The notes under the pieces were generated by a model. The model searched no databases. It saw only the letters and a list, made by a program, of their open reading frames with translations, and was not told the origin of the DNA. Shown piece after piece: positions 1 to 12,989 of a stretch of 64,000 nucleotides of DNA; the first letter of the stretch is position 1; each line of letters opens with the position of its first letter. The translations under genes were made by a program, and so were the position numbers. Where the stretch lies: NCBI RefSeq assembly GCF_009914755.1, contig NC_060941.1; one strand, 5' to 3'. Source of the DNA: the human T2T-CHM13v2.0 reference genome, Homo sapiens.

Positions 1-39
1 ACTGCACTCCAGCCTGGGTGACAGAGTGAGACTCTGTCT

Positions 40-76
<37 letters not shown>
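1..76 (+). mobile_element. Alu 3' end with long A tail (cut by window edge)
   Basis: ACTGCACTCCAGCCTGGGTGACAGAGTGAGACTCTGTCTC followed by about 36 A. Confidence 0.97.
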
Positions 77-78
<2 letters not shown>

Positions 79-478
79 TGGCTTAGATGTCTATCAGTGG
101 AGGATAGTTAAATCTATTCTACAGGGTTTATGCAGTGTTTTTTTTTTAAAAAAAATCAGTCAATGTATGCTCACTGATAGGAAAAAAAGAAAGTGTTTCT
201 ATCCATTAACTTAAGAAAGTTTCCTAGAAGCAGACGTTGGATTTCTGCAGCCTCTGGGGCTTGTCTTAGACTTCTGCATTATGTTGTAGTCTCTGTTTTC
301 TGACCTACCCACTCCTCGTGTTTTCTGTAGGTTACGCCCAATTCCTGGGAACGAAGTTACCAAATGAGAAGTCATGTTCCTTTTATCATAACATTGTCAC
401 CCAATATTTTCGCTTCCATCATTCTCGCTCTCAAAACTTGCATCAGGATTTTGCTGTCAGAAACCACCTTGAAGACCA

Positions 479-510
<32 letters not shown>

Positions 511-674
511 GAAGTACTGAAATCAATAAATTAGTAAGGAACCTTGCAAAATTGTCCCTGTTCACCTGAAAAGGAATGCAGTGAACAAATACCAAACTTA
601 GGGCCACAGTTAGGCTGTGAAGATTATACCCACCTTAACATATATTTTTTGTATTTTTATATTTTTTATGTTAT

Positions 675-726
675 GCTTTATTATTGACAAACGGAAACCA
701 TTTGCTTCTCTGAACTTATTTTAATC
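675..726 (+). repeat. Copy 1 of a dispersed 52-bp direct repeat (copy 2 at 2362-2413)
   Basis: 32-bp identical core AAACCATTTGCTTCTCTGAACTTATTTTAATC at 695-726 and 2382-2413, with a degenerate 20-bp 5' extension. Confidence 0.9.
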
Positions 727-984
727 ACATTCCAGGATGTCATTCGCATGGCAGTCATTGCAGATTTGTAATTTATAATGCTAATGTTTTGTCAGATGGC
801 AATAAAATGTTTTTGAAGAAGCAGTACTTGATCTAATTTGCACAGTGGTGTCAAGGGGACTCACACAGGTTCTAGCACTCTCCTGACAAAATTTGCCCCA
901 GACATGTGCGAGTCCCGGGGAAGAGTGCTTTCTGCTATGTGTGTTGAGAGGCAGATGAGAGTTGGGGAGCGATGGAAGTGAATA

Positions 985-1460
985 GCTCTAATTTTTCTCT
1001 CCCCCTCTTCTAATAACAGCACCCAGATTTTCCTCAGGGCAGATACTCTTCCCTGGACTCATATCACAAAATCCTAATAAAGCCAGCCTCACCCTCTGGC
1101 TTTAGTTGTCTAAGCAGCCCAGCTTCCTGTCCAGAGGGTTTGGTTTAAAAGATGCAAGTAAATCGAGTCAGGCTCAGAGGTTCAACTCTAGGACTTTGCT
1201 GCAACTACTGAAAAAGAAGTGCTCTTCTCCCTGGGCTGCTGGACTGGCAGGGTGTAAACCTGAGCTGCTGGTTATCATGTTTTCCTCTCTGATTGAATCA
1301 ACACAGGAATGCGGAGGCAAGTAAGGGAGAGAGAGATTCCAGGAAACTTAATCTGAGGCCCTGGATTCATCTCTACCCTGGAGCTTGTAGTTACATGCGC
1401 TGATAAATTCTGTTGTTGCTGTTGTCATTTTCAAGATACATTGGGATGTTAGAATACCAG
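985..1460 (+). mobile_element. Old MaLR LTR (MLT1J/K/L-like), degenerate
   Basis: Motifs such as ctgaggccctggattcatctctaccctggagcttgtagttacatg...ataaattc resemble the 3' half of MLT1J/K. Confidence 0.55.
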
Positions 1461-1494
1461 GTCTCTCTCGATTTCAACAGATGTGGTTTTCTCC

Positions 1495-1811
<317 letters not shown>

Positions 1812-1860
1812 TAACCTACAAAATTCCTTGCCTGCCTGACCAGACATTTTCACCGGTGAT

Positions 1861-2000
1861 TTCTTTTTTTCCTTTTTTTTGAGACGGAGTCTTGCTCTGT
1901 CACCCAGGCAGGAGTGCAGTGACACGGTCCTGGCTCACTGCAAGCTCTGCCTCCTGGGTTCACACCATTCTCCTGCCTCAGCCTCTCAAGTAGCTGGGAC
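1861..2000 (-). mobile_element. 5'-truncated AluY-like (right arm only)
   Basis: caagctctgcctcctgggttcacaccattctcc (Y diagnostics); TSD cacc(g/a)gtgat at 1851-1860 and 2000-2009. Confidence 0.88.
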
Positions 2001-2361
2001 ACCAGTGATATTTTTAATGACCCCAGCGTGTGCTGCTCCATGCCCACCAGGTGAAACCTACCAGGACGCACCTGCTCTCACCTGTATGACTGCACCTGTT
2101 TTCCTGCTCCCAGCACACCAGCCAGACCCGAACTGAGGCCACCTAGCCTGACTCTAGAGAGCCTGCTCAACTGGAGTTAACTATTTCTGACACTTTAAAC
2201 AGCCATTTTTATTTACTCTAATAGGAGTTTAACACATTACTAAATTATTGACTATAAAACAGGAGTGTTTGCTTTTGAAGTCTAATTGATTATTCTTATA
2301 TAACAAATATACCCGTTGCTTTGGATTTTATGTGCAACTCATTCCAATATAGTTTTCAAAA

Positions 2362-2413
2362 GCTTTATTGTTCATGAATGAAAACCATTTGCTTCTCTGA
2401 ACTTATTTTAATC
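2362..2413 (+). repeat. Copy 2 of the 52-bp direct repeat
   Basis: Matches 675-726. Confidence 0.9.
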
Positions 2414-2619
2414 CCAACAATATTAGGAGAAAAAAAAGGACTGATCCGGACTTGCTTGGGATAGAAAGCTACCTGGTCCCAAAACCTTGGGTTTATTGAG
2501 AGTCAAAGCACATAAAAATAAACAAACAAACAAAAATAGGACCTCAGGATGTTCAGTGCTCAAATTCAGGTGTCTGATTTCTTGTTCTCAATCCCAGGAA
2601 TAATGAAGTTAGCATTTTA

Positions 2620-2870
2620 GAAAATTGCTTTGAGGGCTGCATGCTGGATGCATTGGAAAAACTTGAAGTAGATAACCCAGTGGAGATGCTATAGTTAGGT
2701 GCCAGGCATGAAATCATATCAGCCCAAACTATGCTGTCAGCAGAGCGTGCAAATAGAAAAATCTAAACTATCTTCCAAAGAAAGAAGCAGAAAACTCTGT
2801 GATGGGGTAGATAAAGCAGGTGAAAGAAAAGCAGAAATCAAAAGCCACTCCAAGTATTGCCATTGAATGG
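2620..2870 (-). mobile_element. L2 fragment
   Basis: Purine-rich L2 antisense motifs (cattttagaaaattgctttg...gaaatcaaaagccactccaag). Confidence 0.5.
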
Positions 2871-3649
2871 TTCCTTCACAGTTGGCCTTGTGTTTATTTA
2901 CTGGCTGGTTTCATCTTCTGTCTTTGCAGTCAGGCATGCTGATGCCCTGCTCCAAATTGACTTGGGGATGTGCCAGGAGGGGTAGCTCTGAGTGGGCAGC
3001 AGACAAGAGGGCAAGCAGGGACAGAGGTTGGGTCAAGTCACTTTTAGAATCGAAGCTACAGCTTTGGTCACAAGTCAGCTCTCACTGTAGGACGAAGCAG
3101 GCCTGAAATGAAGTCACAGTGACTATTTCAATTGCTGTCTAAACCATACACAATTCTTATTAATCTCATGTTGGGGGCAAAATTCTTTCCTCAGTCTTGG
3201 GTGAAATGATGATTAAAAATCTATCAATTGCTAAACTGTGAGTTATTATTGAGTGTGAGTTCGAATAAAATGAGAGAGAGATCACCAAGAATTTCTAAAT
3301 AAGTGAAATTTAAATAGGCCCTTGTAGAAGTAAGATTTTTGCAGATGAATATAAGCAACGTGGGTGTCCCAGGTTGAGAAACAAAACAAATGAAAATTAT
3401 TACCCATGGTAAGAATTGCTTTTACCAATATTATGACCAAAACTCTTTGTAGTTTGGACCAGAGGGATGATGAGGAAGGGAGAGGAAACAAGGCTGATAT
3501 TTACTAAAGGCTGGGTATTACACACAGCACCAGGGTTTTCCTAGCAGGTCTTTCTCTGAGTGGATGCTCAGGTTTTTTTCCTGTCACTTCCAGTATTGAA
3601 AGAGGCCAGCATTTCCCCGGGTGTAATCTTTATCCTGAAAAGTGTCCCA

Positions 3650-3865
3650 TAAAAAATTACGCTGTGATGAAATAAATTTGGGAGACCATATCCCCTCTTG
3701 AACATTCCTGATAAACATTAGCATATTACAGTCTCTGAGATGATGTTGCAGTAAAGATACTAGTTGAATTCAACATTTTCCAAGCTTTAGGACCACGGGA
3801 TCTCTTTGTCTATGCCCTATCTGGTAACATTCATTGTTCTGAGGAACACACATCAGCAAACACAA
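3650..3865. mobile_element. hAT-Charlie-type MER fragment
   Basis: aaataaatttgggaga...cattagcatatta...tctgaga...gcagtaaaga, typical of MER103/112-group MITEs. Confidence 0.5.
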
Positions 3866-4172
3866 TCCTCAGCTTTATAGGGATTGCTATTATCAGGAAC
3901 CTCAGAGGATGAATGTTTTGTGAACATATTGGGGCCTCAGCTGCATATAGTGAGGGCCTGGTTTACTTTGAAACCAGGTGGGGGGATATTTCACCAAATA
4001 TCTGGAATTTTCTTTGTTCTGTTATTTCTCGAAGGGCCCACTTTCCCCAAGGAATAGGGATTTAACTAAGGTCCTCACAAATGGCAATTTTCATGAATTA
4101 TTGATTTGGCCAAAAATAATTGAAAAGGTTTATAATTACATAGAGATTGCCTCATGCTTCTTGCTTGTACCC

Positions 4173-4393
4173 TGAGTAAATTCTTTCCTATTCTGTGATA
4201 TATGCAAGAAATGGGTACAGGTTTTGAAATATACCTCATTTAAAAATAAATTAGAGTGCAAAAAGGTCAAGTGACATGTTTGAGTAAATTCTTTCCTACT
4301 CTGTGATATATGCAAGAAATGGGTGCAGGTTTTGAAATATACTTCATTTAAAAATAAATTAGTGTGCAAAAAGGTCAAGAGACATGTTTGAGT
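4173..4393 (+). repeat. Tandem duplication, 2 x 108 bp
   Basis: Units 4173-4280 and 4281-4388 with 5 mismatches; TGAGT recurs a third time at 4389-4393. Confidence 0.97.
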
Positions 4394-4699
4394 CTCCTGT
4401 ACAGCATCCAGGTTTTCAAAATTGGATACAAAAAAAACAAAGCATCAGAAGAAAGAAAAACTCATAGTTGGAAAATGAGACATATTGAAATAAGTAGCAT
4501 ATTGCTAAAAGTTGATTCAATGAGGGTGATGTGGTTATTTTCTTTGTTCTCTTCTCAATTTGTTTTCTGAAAGTAGAGAACCACACTTTTTTTGTTTTAT
4601 TATAATATTGGTACTCCTTTATTTTAAAGGTACCATATGTTTTTCACAGTAGATTAAAAACTAATCTTTAGGTGATCTTTTGAAGGAGGTGGGTGTATA

Positions 4700-5430
4700 T
4701 ACTAGACCTGAAAAGTAAGAGGAGTTTGAGTTAGTTTTCTTTGTTCCCCATCTCTAGAGGAGGCTTAAAAACATTCCTTGTGTTTCAGGAGGGGGAGGTA
4801 AGTTAGGGGGAAAGTGAGAGTGAAATGTTGCTGGTTCCTAAGCAGGAACCATTTCTAAGCCACAAGTCTAGCAGAAGCTGGAGCAAAGACATGGGTCCTG
4901 AGATAGCCTGAGGGAATGTGAAAGCAAAGGAGGCCTGTAGGAGGGCCAAGGGAAGGGGTGAGTCTCAAAGAGCCCCAGAGAGTCATGATTGCAGAAAAAA
5001 AGAACACATGTGATGTAGCACTTCCAACCACTCTCCAGGGGCCCCTCAAAGCTCCAAAATGGAAAAGGCACAGAAACAACTAAAAAGTAGCCAGGTCTGG
5101 AGAAGCCAGGGTCTCTGTAACTGATACAGCTGTGATCACTATGGAGTGGTGACCAAGGGCCAGATGGCCCATGTATGAATAATGGCAGCCAAAGCCAGAT
5201 TCCCTGTGATGTCTTGGCATTCTCTAAGACCACTCAGGAGACCTGGGGGCAAGATCAGAGGAAATGATAAAGGCTGTGAGGTGGGGGTAGGGGAGAGACC
5301 CTGAGATTACCCGGAATGGACCAAGAAAAACGGGCCCTGAAAATGGAAATTCAGTTCAATTTTCAAAAAGCACGAGAAAGTTAATTTTTACATACCTGAT
5401 TGTCCTACCCAATATTTTGTGTCTGCAACA
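4700..5430 (+). mobile_element. Possible ancient mammalian Gypsy-like LTR (MamGypLTR-like)
   Basis: Purine-rich body ending aaagttaatttttacatacctga...tgtctgcaaca; resemblance only. Confidence 0.3.
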
Positions 5431-6597
5431 GTCACTGAAGGAGTTTACTAAATGAATTTACTAATGGGAACCTACAAGGCATACCTTAAAACATCCATCC
5501 ATGCCACCTTTTTCAACAAATGATTTTTTTCTTTTTAGTTCTAATTATTTTCTACACACTATAGATTTTTGAGTTATATGATTAAACATTCAGAGTGAAA
5601 GATTAATTACTGGTAGTTTTATGCATATATACTTAATCAGAATTAAATACATTTTTAAAGTATGGATGGTTCAATCTCCTGCAGTCTAAACAGCTCTTAT
5701 TTAATTAAGTTAATAAATATTTACAGAGCTTTTAAGAATTGCTATACTTTCAAGTCAGGGCTCTCTTCTACACTCATTGCCAAAATAATCTCCTCTTTAT
5801 TTCTGGAATACCTAGTGGAGACAGGGACACATCATACACAAGTATATAGACACACATTAATATGAATAGCTTTATATTTCCTGCAAGAAGTTTGAAATGA
5901 TTGTTCTCTTAGGACCCATCTCATTTCTCCTGCTAGTAATTGATTTTTTTTTAAGTAGAAAAAAAAATGACGAATACAGCTGAGCCTGAATATTAACTGT
6001 AATTAGAATAATCATTGCAGGTGCCCCTCAGGTTATTTAATATTCCACTTAAGCAAATTTTACCTTGAGCAGGTTAGTTCATAAAGCACATAAACCCCCT
6101 GGAGATGGTAGAAAATAAATGATATTTTAGAGATGATGGAAAATATTGCATTATCTGCAAAATCACAGAAGGCTTGGTGCACAGTTGGGTAACTGAAAAC
6201 GAAGTAGACAGTGGCTACCAAGAAGAGAAGTTTTATTTTCTGTGTCCCATGCGGTTTTTATTCCAGGTCAGATATGGGCTCAGACTCTTACAGTACTATT
6301 TGCAACACTCTTCCCTTCACTGCTTCATCCTCCATTGCATTTTTGCCATTGGAGACAAAAATCTAAATGATGTCAACCCCAAAGCACTAATGTCCATCTC
6401 CTCTCTTGCCTTGTCTAATATTTCTTTTCAAATTGTACTGAAACTTCTGGGACAGAATGATTGCATCAATTTTTTTTTAAATGAAAACACATATAGAACA
6501 ACAGTTAAATAAATGTACATTTTTAGTTATTATTTTCTGTACAGTAATATAGCTTTTCCAGGCATATTGTTAAGCAATTAAAGTGAAAGATTAAGTA

Positions 6598-7047
6598 CTA
6601 TATTCATTTCCTAGAACTGCTGTAACGAATTACCAAAAACTAGGTGTGTTAAAACAATTGAAATTTATTTTCTCTTAGCTCTGCAGACTAAAAGTCAAAA
6701 TCAAGGTGTTGACAGGGCATGCTCCCTCTGAAAGCTCTAGGGAAGGATGTTTCCTTACCTGTTCCTTACTTCCCAGCTTCTAGTGCCTGCTAGCATCCCT
6801 TGATGTTTCTGCCTGTAGATGTGTTACTTCAATTTCTGCATATGATCATCTTCCCTGTCTGTGTGCCTGTGTCCCTTCTATTAAGGATACAGGTGATTGG
6901 ATTTAGGGCCCGCCCTAATCCAGTATGACCTCATCTTAATTTAAATCTTAATTTGCAAAGATTCTTTCCAAATAAAGTCACATTCGTAGGTACTGAGGGC
7001 TGGGACTTAAAGGTATCTTTTGGGAGGACCGAATTCAAGCCACAGCA
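6598..7047 (-). mobile_element. MLT1 (MLT1C/D-like) solo LTR
   Basis: ctgctgtaacgaattacca...aaatttattttctc...aatcaaggtgttgacagggc...ggatttagggcccgccctaatccagtatgacctcatctt. Confidence 0.85.
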
Positions 7048-7093
7048 CACGTGACTATGCAATTAATAATAATAGCTAATTAATAATGCAATA

Positions 7094-7406
7094 GGCTGGG
7101 CACGGTGGCTCACACCTGTAATCCCAGCACTTTGGGAGGCCGAGGCAGGCAGATCACCTGAGGTCGGGAGTTCGAGACCAGCCTGACCAACATGGAGAAA
7201 CCCTGTCTCTACTAAAAGTACAAAATTAGCCATGTGTGGTGGCATATGCCTGTAATCCCAGCTACTCGGGAAGGCTGAGGCAGGGAGAATCGCTTGAACC
7301 CGGGAGGTGGAGGTTGTGTTGAGTCGAGATTGCGCCATTTCACTCCAGCTTGGGCAACAAGAGTGAAATTCCACCTCAAAATAATAATAATAATAATAAT
7401 AATAAT
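7094..7406 (+). mobile_element. AluSp with (AAT)n tail
   Basis: cctgaccaacatggagaaaccc (Sp diagnostic); TSD approximately at(a/g)atgcaata. Confidence 0.93.
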
Positions 7407-7434
7407 GATGCAATAATTAGTCAATACAATTAAT

Positions 7435-7680
7435 AATAATAGCTAATTATTTTTAGCTTTTACTATCTGTCAAGCACTGTGTTAAGTGCCTTGCAACCAT
7501 TATCTCACTGAGTCCTCCCAGGGCCTCCTTGTGTGTAAGTTGTATTAGCCCCATTTGACAGCTGGGGATATTGAGGTCCAAAGAGGATGAGCAAACATGC
7601 CAGAAGTTGCACAGCTGGGAGGTGACATGATCAAGCTCTCTCACACCTCTGCCTAACTCCAAAGCCAATATTAATCCTTA
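7435..7680 (-). mobile_element. MIR
   Basis: tactatctgtcaagcactgtgttaagtg...ccccatttgacagctgggga...gaggtcca. Confidence 0.75.
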
Positions 7681-8247
7681 GGCTGGGCATTGTCCTACTT
7701 AACACAACTTACTCATAAAAGATACTCTTATTTTATCTCAGACTAAAACACACTTTTTCAACTCAATCTGCAGTTCCTTGTTCTGTTTCTTTCACACTTT
7801 TAGGACTAATAGAAACATCCTCAAAATGTTAAAACCCCCCAAAGTTTTCTTCTCCCAGAGCTTCTGCTCATTCTAACTTTTGTCATTTCCTAGAAAAGGC
7901 CTATAGTTGATTTTCCTGCAAACTTAACCCCTTCTCATAATTCCTGGAGTGAGAGAGAGATTGATTTTGCCAGTGTTACTACTCTGAAGGTATCTTTTAT
8001 TTCCTATCCAAAAAAGGGAGCATTTTATAGCCTCATCTCTTTAACACCCTGCCCTTTAACTGCTGGAATTGTATTAGCTGGGGCTATGAAGATAATGCTT
8101 AACTTTACTAATTAAACACTAAAAGCTCAAACTCACCTCTAAGCTTTTTACAGCTTGACCTCCGACACAGACCATATTCTTTTAAAGGACTTAGAATGAC
8201 TAAAATCCCAGACTATCTAAGAACACAACTTTTTAAGACTCATTTAG

Positions 8248-8570
8248 GGCCAAGTGCTATGCCTTGTGCTTATAATTCCAGTACTTTGGGAAGCCAAGAC
8301 AGGAGGATCACTTGGACCCAGGAGTTTGAAAACAGTTTGGGCAACATAGTGAGACCCTGATTCTACCAATTTTTCTTTTCTTTTTTTTTGTTTTAATTAG
8401 GCAGGCAAGGTGGCATGACCCTATGGTCCCAACTACCCCAGAGACTGAGGTGGGAGGAATGCTTGGGTGTGGGATGTTGAGATTCCAATGAGCTATAATT
8501 GTGCCACTGCACCCTAGGCTGGATGACAAAGCAAGACCCTTTCTGAAAAAAAAAAAAAAAAAAAAAAAAA
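8248..8570 (+). mobile_element. AluJ (diverged)
   Basis: Dimer with ggaggatcacttg...cccaggagtttg and A tail. Confidence 0.9.
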
Positions 8571-8779
8571 TCACGAAACCCCATTTACAAAGGAAAAAAT
8601 AGCATTTTTAGACATAGTCATGTCGAGACAAAAGATAGACCCTATTTTGCTTGTATATGATTAGATCTCTTTGTGAATAGGCAGAGAAATTCAAACTGAT
8701 GTATTAAACATCCCAAAGAAAAAGGTAAGATTAGGGAGAGTTACTGAGAAAGCAATTCTGAGTAAAATTTTTTACCTAA

Positions 8780-10555
8780 TCAATTTCTCTATTTGTTGTA
8801 AGGTAACAGTCTAACCTTTTTTTTCCCCCAAATAATGAAGTAGTTTTCCTGATACCTAGTCTTTCCTTACTGACTTGAAATGATACATTTATCTTATGTT
8901 TGTCACATGTCTGAATCCTGAGCCATTTTATTTTGTTCCATTAATCTGTCATTTTAATCAGAACCACATATTATCCTAGTATTATACAATTCATCTTATG
9001 ACTCCAAACCCTAAACCACCTTCTATGGACTAAATGTCTCTCCCTCAAATTCCTATGTTAAAGCTCTAATCTCTAATATGTTGGTATTTAGAGATGGGAC
9101 CCTTGTGAGGCCATGAGGGTGGGGCCCTCATGAATGAGATTAATGCCCTTATTAGAAGAGACGTAAGGAAGATGATCTTTGCCTCTACCATGAGAGGACA
9201 CAGCAAGAAGGCAGCCACCTATAAACAAGGAAGAGAGCCCTTACCAGAACCCAACCATGCTGGCTTCCAGCCTCTGAAACTGTGAGAAACAAATGTTTAT
9301 TGTTTAAGCTCCAACTGAGACACTGGCATTTCAAAATGTCTCAGCTATCTTTATGTATTTATTTTCCTAGAAATTTTAGGTTTATAAGATCAAGTACCCC
9401 CCCAATACTTACATTTTTATTGAACTGTTATTACATTTATATATTGCTTGAGGGGATTCACATATTTATAATATAATATAATTCCTTCCACGAACATGGT
9501 ATACCTTTTTTGCCTCATTCAATTAACCTAGTTCATCACAGAGGAAAAATTTTTCTGTATCTTCATAAAATTCCTGCATCATTTGTTATGGTGATTCCTA
9601 AGTCATTTAGGTATACAATTGTTTTGTGAATAAATCTTTTCCCTATAATATTTTTCACAATGTTTCACTGATATATAAATAAGCTATTAACTTTTCCACA
9701 TATACATTCAATAATTTTCGTCTTTACCAGGCCCTTCTATTTGTTTCAATGGTTTCCAGTAGACAATTTTCTAATCTATAGATGATGAAAATTTTAAATC
9801 TTCTTTCCAAAAAGTCTAACTCATTCATTTTTTTGGTCATGTTGCATTGGTTACAAGTATAAGAAGAGTATAAAATAATAGTAAAATAGCAGGTATCCTT
9901 CTTATGTTTTATGCTAATAATGAGGATGTTTCTATAGTTGGATCTTTAGGAATGACATTTGTTCTTTTTCTCCTACACATTCTTCATCCAATTAAGGAAT
10001 TAGCTAACTTTATTGCTAATATTAAAAATACACATTTTACAAATAGTTGGATTTTGTTTAATGCCTTTTACAACTATTGGGATACTCGCTTTTTTGCTTT
10101 CTGTGATCTAGTAGCATTTTATATTACATCAATTTGTTTTAATGTTGAAGTGTACACATATCCCCATACTTGGTAATGTGATATTATTATTATCATTTTG
10201 CTATTGTATGTGTTTTGCTAGGATATTATTTGGGACATTTGCAGCTATATTTATTCAAAAGACCAGGTTTTGTTGTATCCAATTTTTGCCAGGTATATTT
10301 TAATGATTAAGGCAAATTTCTAAAATGACATATAAACTTTAAATTTTTGTTGTTGTAGTTGTTTACTTTTTTTCTGTTTTTCCAAGAAATATAAATTACT
10401 TGTGGATTATATATTTCTTGCGGGTAATATAAAAATTATTCATAAATCAATTCAGGTCTGGAGCCTTAATTGGCAATTAAATATTTGTTCATGGTTGTTT
10501 TATTAAAATTTTCTACCATTTCTTGAATCAGTAATTATTCCTTAAAATCATTCAT
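8780..10555 (-). mobile_element. Ancient L1M ORF2 remnant, interrupted by the MLT1A LTR
   Basis: T-rich antisense L1-like text (ccttccacgaacatggtata, gcaggtatccttctt, tttgcagctatattt). Confidence 0.6.
9021..9322 (+). mobile_element. MLT1A-like solo LTR
   Basis: tatggactaaatgt...catgagggtggggccctcatgaatg...cagcaagaaggcagcc...ttccagcctctgaaactgtgagaaacaaatg. Confidence 0.85.
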
Positions 10556-11719
10556 GAGAAGTCAGAACAAGATGGTAAACTGAACACACTCCTCCATGTT
10601 CCTACCCACTCAAAGTGAATCTATTAGTTTAGGTGGAGGGGGAGGAAAAATAGTAACAAGTAGACTAGAAATGTTGCAGAATGGATGAAAGCAAGATGGA
10701 GCATAGATAAGGTATGTGGAGCCAACTGTCTGTCCAAATAATGTCGGAGAAAACCATTACAGAGATGAGAGTGGTCTCATGTGATTACAATGCCACAGTC
10801 AAGGGGTGGGTTCCAAACACAGAGGGGCCATTCTTCAGGGTGATGCAACCCTTTCCCCTACCCTCTCACCCACAGTGTGCCCTCGTGTGGCCCGGAAGTG
10901 GAAAAACCCTCAGACATTCTGGTCCTCACGGGCCAAGCTGGCCAGAGCTCCAATCCCTTATCACAGTGACCAAACTACATAGAGAAAAAGAGGCATGAAA
11001 ACAAGGACTCTTACAAGACTTGCCAAATGTTAGGCTGAACAAGTGAAATAGCCATTTTTATGGGTTACAAAACAGTTAGACATCAGTAACGGCATTGAGT
11101 TCCACCTAATTTGAACCAACGGGAAAGGTCAATACTTAATTGGATTAAAAGAAGAAACACCTGGAGATAAAATAGCTAACAGAGGAAACAACAACAGCAA
11201 AAACACTTTCAATAAGTAAAATTAATATCAGAGAGGATCAAGAGGTTATTACACTCCTAGAAAAGAGGTAGGCATCCACCTTATGACTGAAATTTCTACA
11301 CAGTAAATCTCTTTCCCATTAAAGGAATTGATGAACATGAAGAAATAATTTACCTCTCTCCCATTTTAAAATCCATCAATTAAAATAAAAGGAAAAGAGA
11401 GGAAATCTCATTTAACTAGAACAGAGCTGGGGAGTCAAGCTTAATTCTGCTTCTATGCCTTCTGGAAAATTGGCATAATCCTGATGATTTTTACAAATAT
11501 TCTCAAGTCTGGTGAGATAAAACAGAGAGACCATCTTTGTTTTTTATTCTTCTGACCGATGAGAGGTAGAAATTGCTTCTGGGGAGTGGTGAAATGTGTG
11601 AAAGGAGTTAGTTATTAGGTGGCCCCACATACTGGCCGAATAAAAACATGGGTTATAGAAAATGTTTTCAAAGACAAACAGGAAATAGAAAATCTGAAAG
11701 AGTTACAGGAAAAGTACAT

Positions 11720-12320
11720 TTGTGTTGACTTCTAGGAAGGCAATTTGCCACCCTCTATAGAAATAGAAATGATAAATCCCTCCAGAAATTTATGCTAAAG
11801 AAATACTTGCACTTGTATTCAAAGATGTTTATGCAGAGATGCTCAATTTCCTTGTTGTTTGTAACAGCAAAATTGATGACATCCTAAATATCCATCAATA
11901 GAGGGGTGATTGAATAAATTAAAAGGCAACCTTCCTGGGAAACACTCTGAGGGTGTAAAATTGGGTGAGTTAGATCCATATGTCATTAACTGAGTTTTTC
12001 ATCAACACATTTGTTTAAGTGAAAAAGCAAGTTCCAGAGGAGTACAGACAGAATAACCTCAGATGTAGATTTTTCCCATCTGACATGGAAAACATGTAAA
12101 TGCTTCAGTGGGGAAAAAGAATGAACACCCAACCCTTGACAGTGGTGTGTTTGCTTGTTTGTTTTTTTGTTTGTTTTGAGACAGAGTTTGGCTCTTGTTG
12201 TCCAGGCTGGAGTGCAATGGCACAATCTCAGCTCACTGCAACCTCCGCCTCCCGGGTTCAGTCTTTAAGAAGGAGAGTAAGAGGGAAAGAATGTGGAAAA
12301 AAAGGCATTCTTGTTTTGCT
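11720..12320 (+). mobile_element. Ancient L1ME-like 3' end
   Basis: aggcaatttg...aaatacttgcac...tgtttgtaacagcaaaa...cctaaatatccatcaatagagg. Confidence 0.6.
12146..12260 (-). mobile_element. 5'-truncated AluS right-arm fragment
   Basis: (GTTT)n tail, gagacagagtttggctcttgttgtccagg...cccgggttca; no clear TSD. Confidence 0.88.
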
Positions 12321-12989
12321 ATACTTAATTGTTTTCTTTCCATAATAACAATGTTTTATTAGCATAATTACTTAATAAACATTAAAAAAAGCTAAAATTA
12401 TTATATTTACCAAATAGTGTATGCACCCCATTCTAATTTTTAAAAATATTGTATCTATTTATGTCATTATTTTAATTCTCATTTAGTAACTTGCTTTCAG
12501 CTTTATTATTAAGCTCGCCAGAGTTATACATATTTATTTATTTTGTTCACAAAAGCAACTGAGAACTATATCTATCATTTCCTATTTTCCAATTCATTGA
12601 TTTTTTTTTTTGCTTGTAACTTTGTTATTTTCTTTCTTCTTTTCTTAGATGCATCTTGTGCTGTTTTAGAATTTTGAGCAAGAACAAAGATCATATTTTA
12701 TTTATTTTTCTTTTTTCTTTTTTGGTGATGGAAGTGTTTAGGATTTTAAGTTTTTTTCTGAATGGAACATTGTCCACATCCCAAAGGTTTTCTATGTGCT
12801 GTTTGTATCTAACTGACACTAACAGATGACTTGTCTTTTGCCAGGCACAGTGCAATAAAACTTATATATAACATCCCATTTAATCATCATAACAATTCTA
12901 AGAAGTGGGAACTCTCTTGTCCCATTTTACATGTGAGGGAAGTGAAGCATGTCTTTGGGTAGCCAACACACCGCCATTCTTAGTCCGTG

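Noticed and set aside
478-512. Poly(A) tract as the tail of a processed pseudogene
   Set aside because: No upstream AATAAA, no convincing TSD and no recognisable mRNA; treated as a simple A-rich repeat.
4832-4851. Hairpin tggttcct-aagc-aggaacca
   Set aside because: An 8-bp stem is expected by chance in 64 kb.
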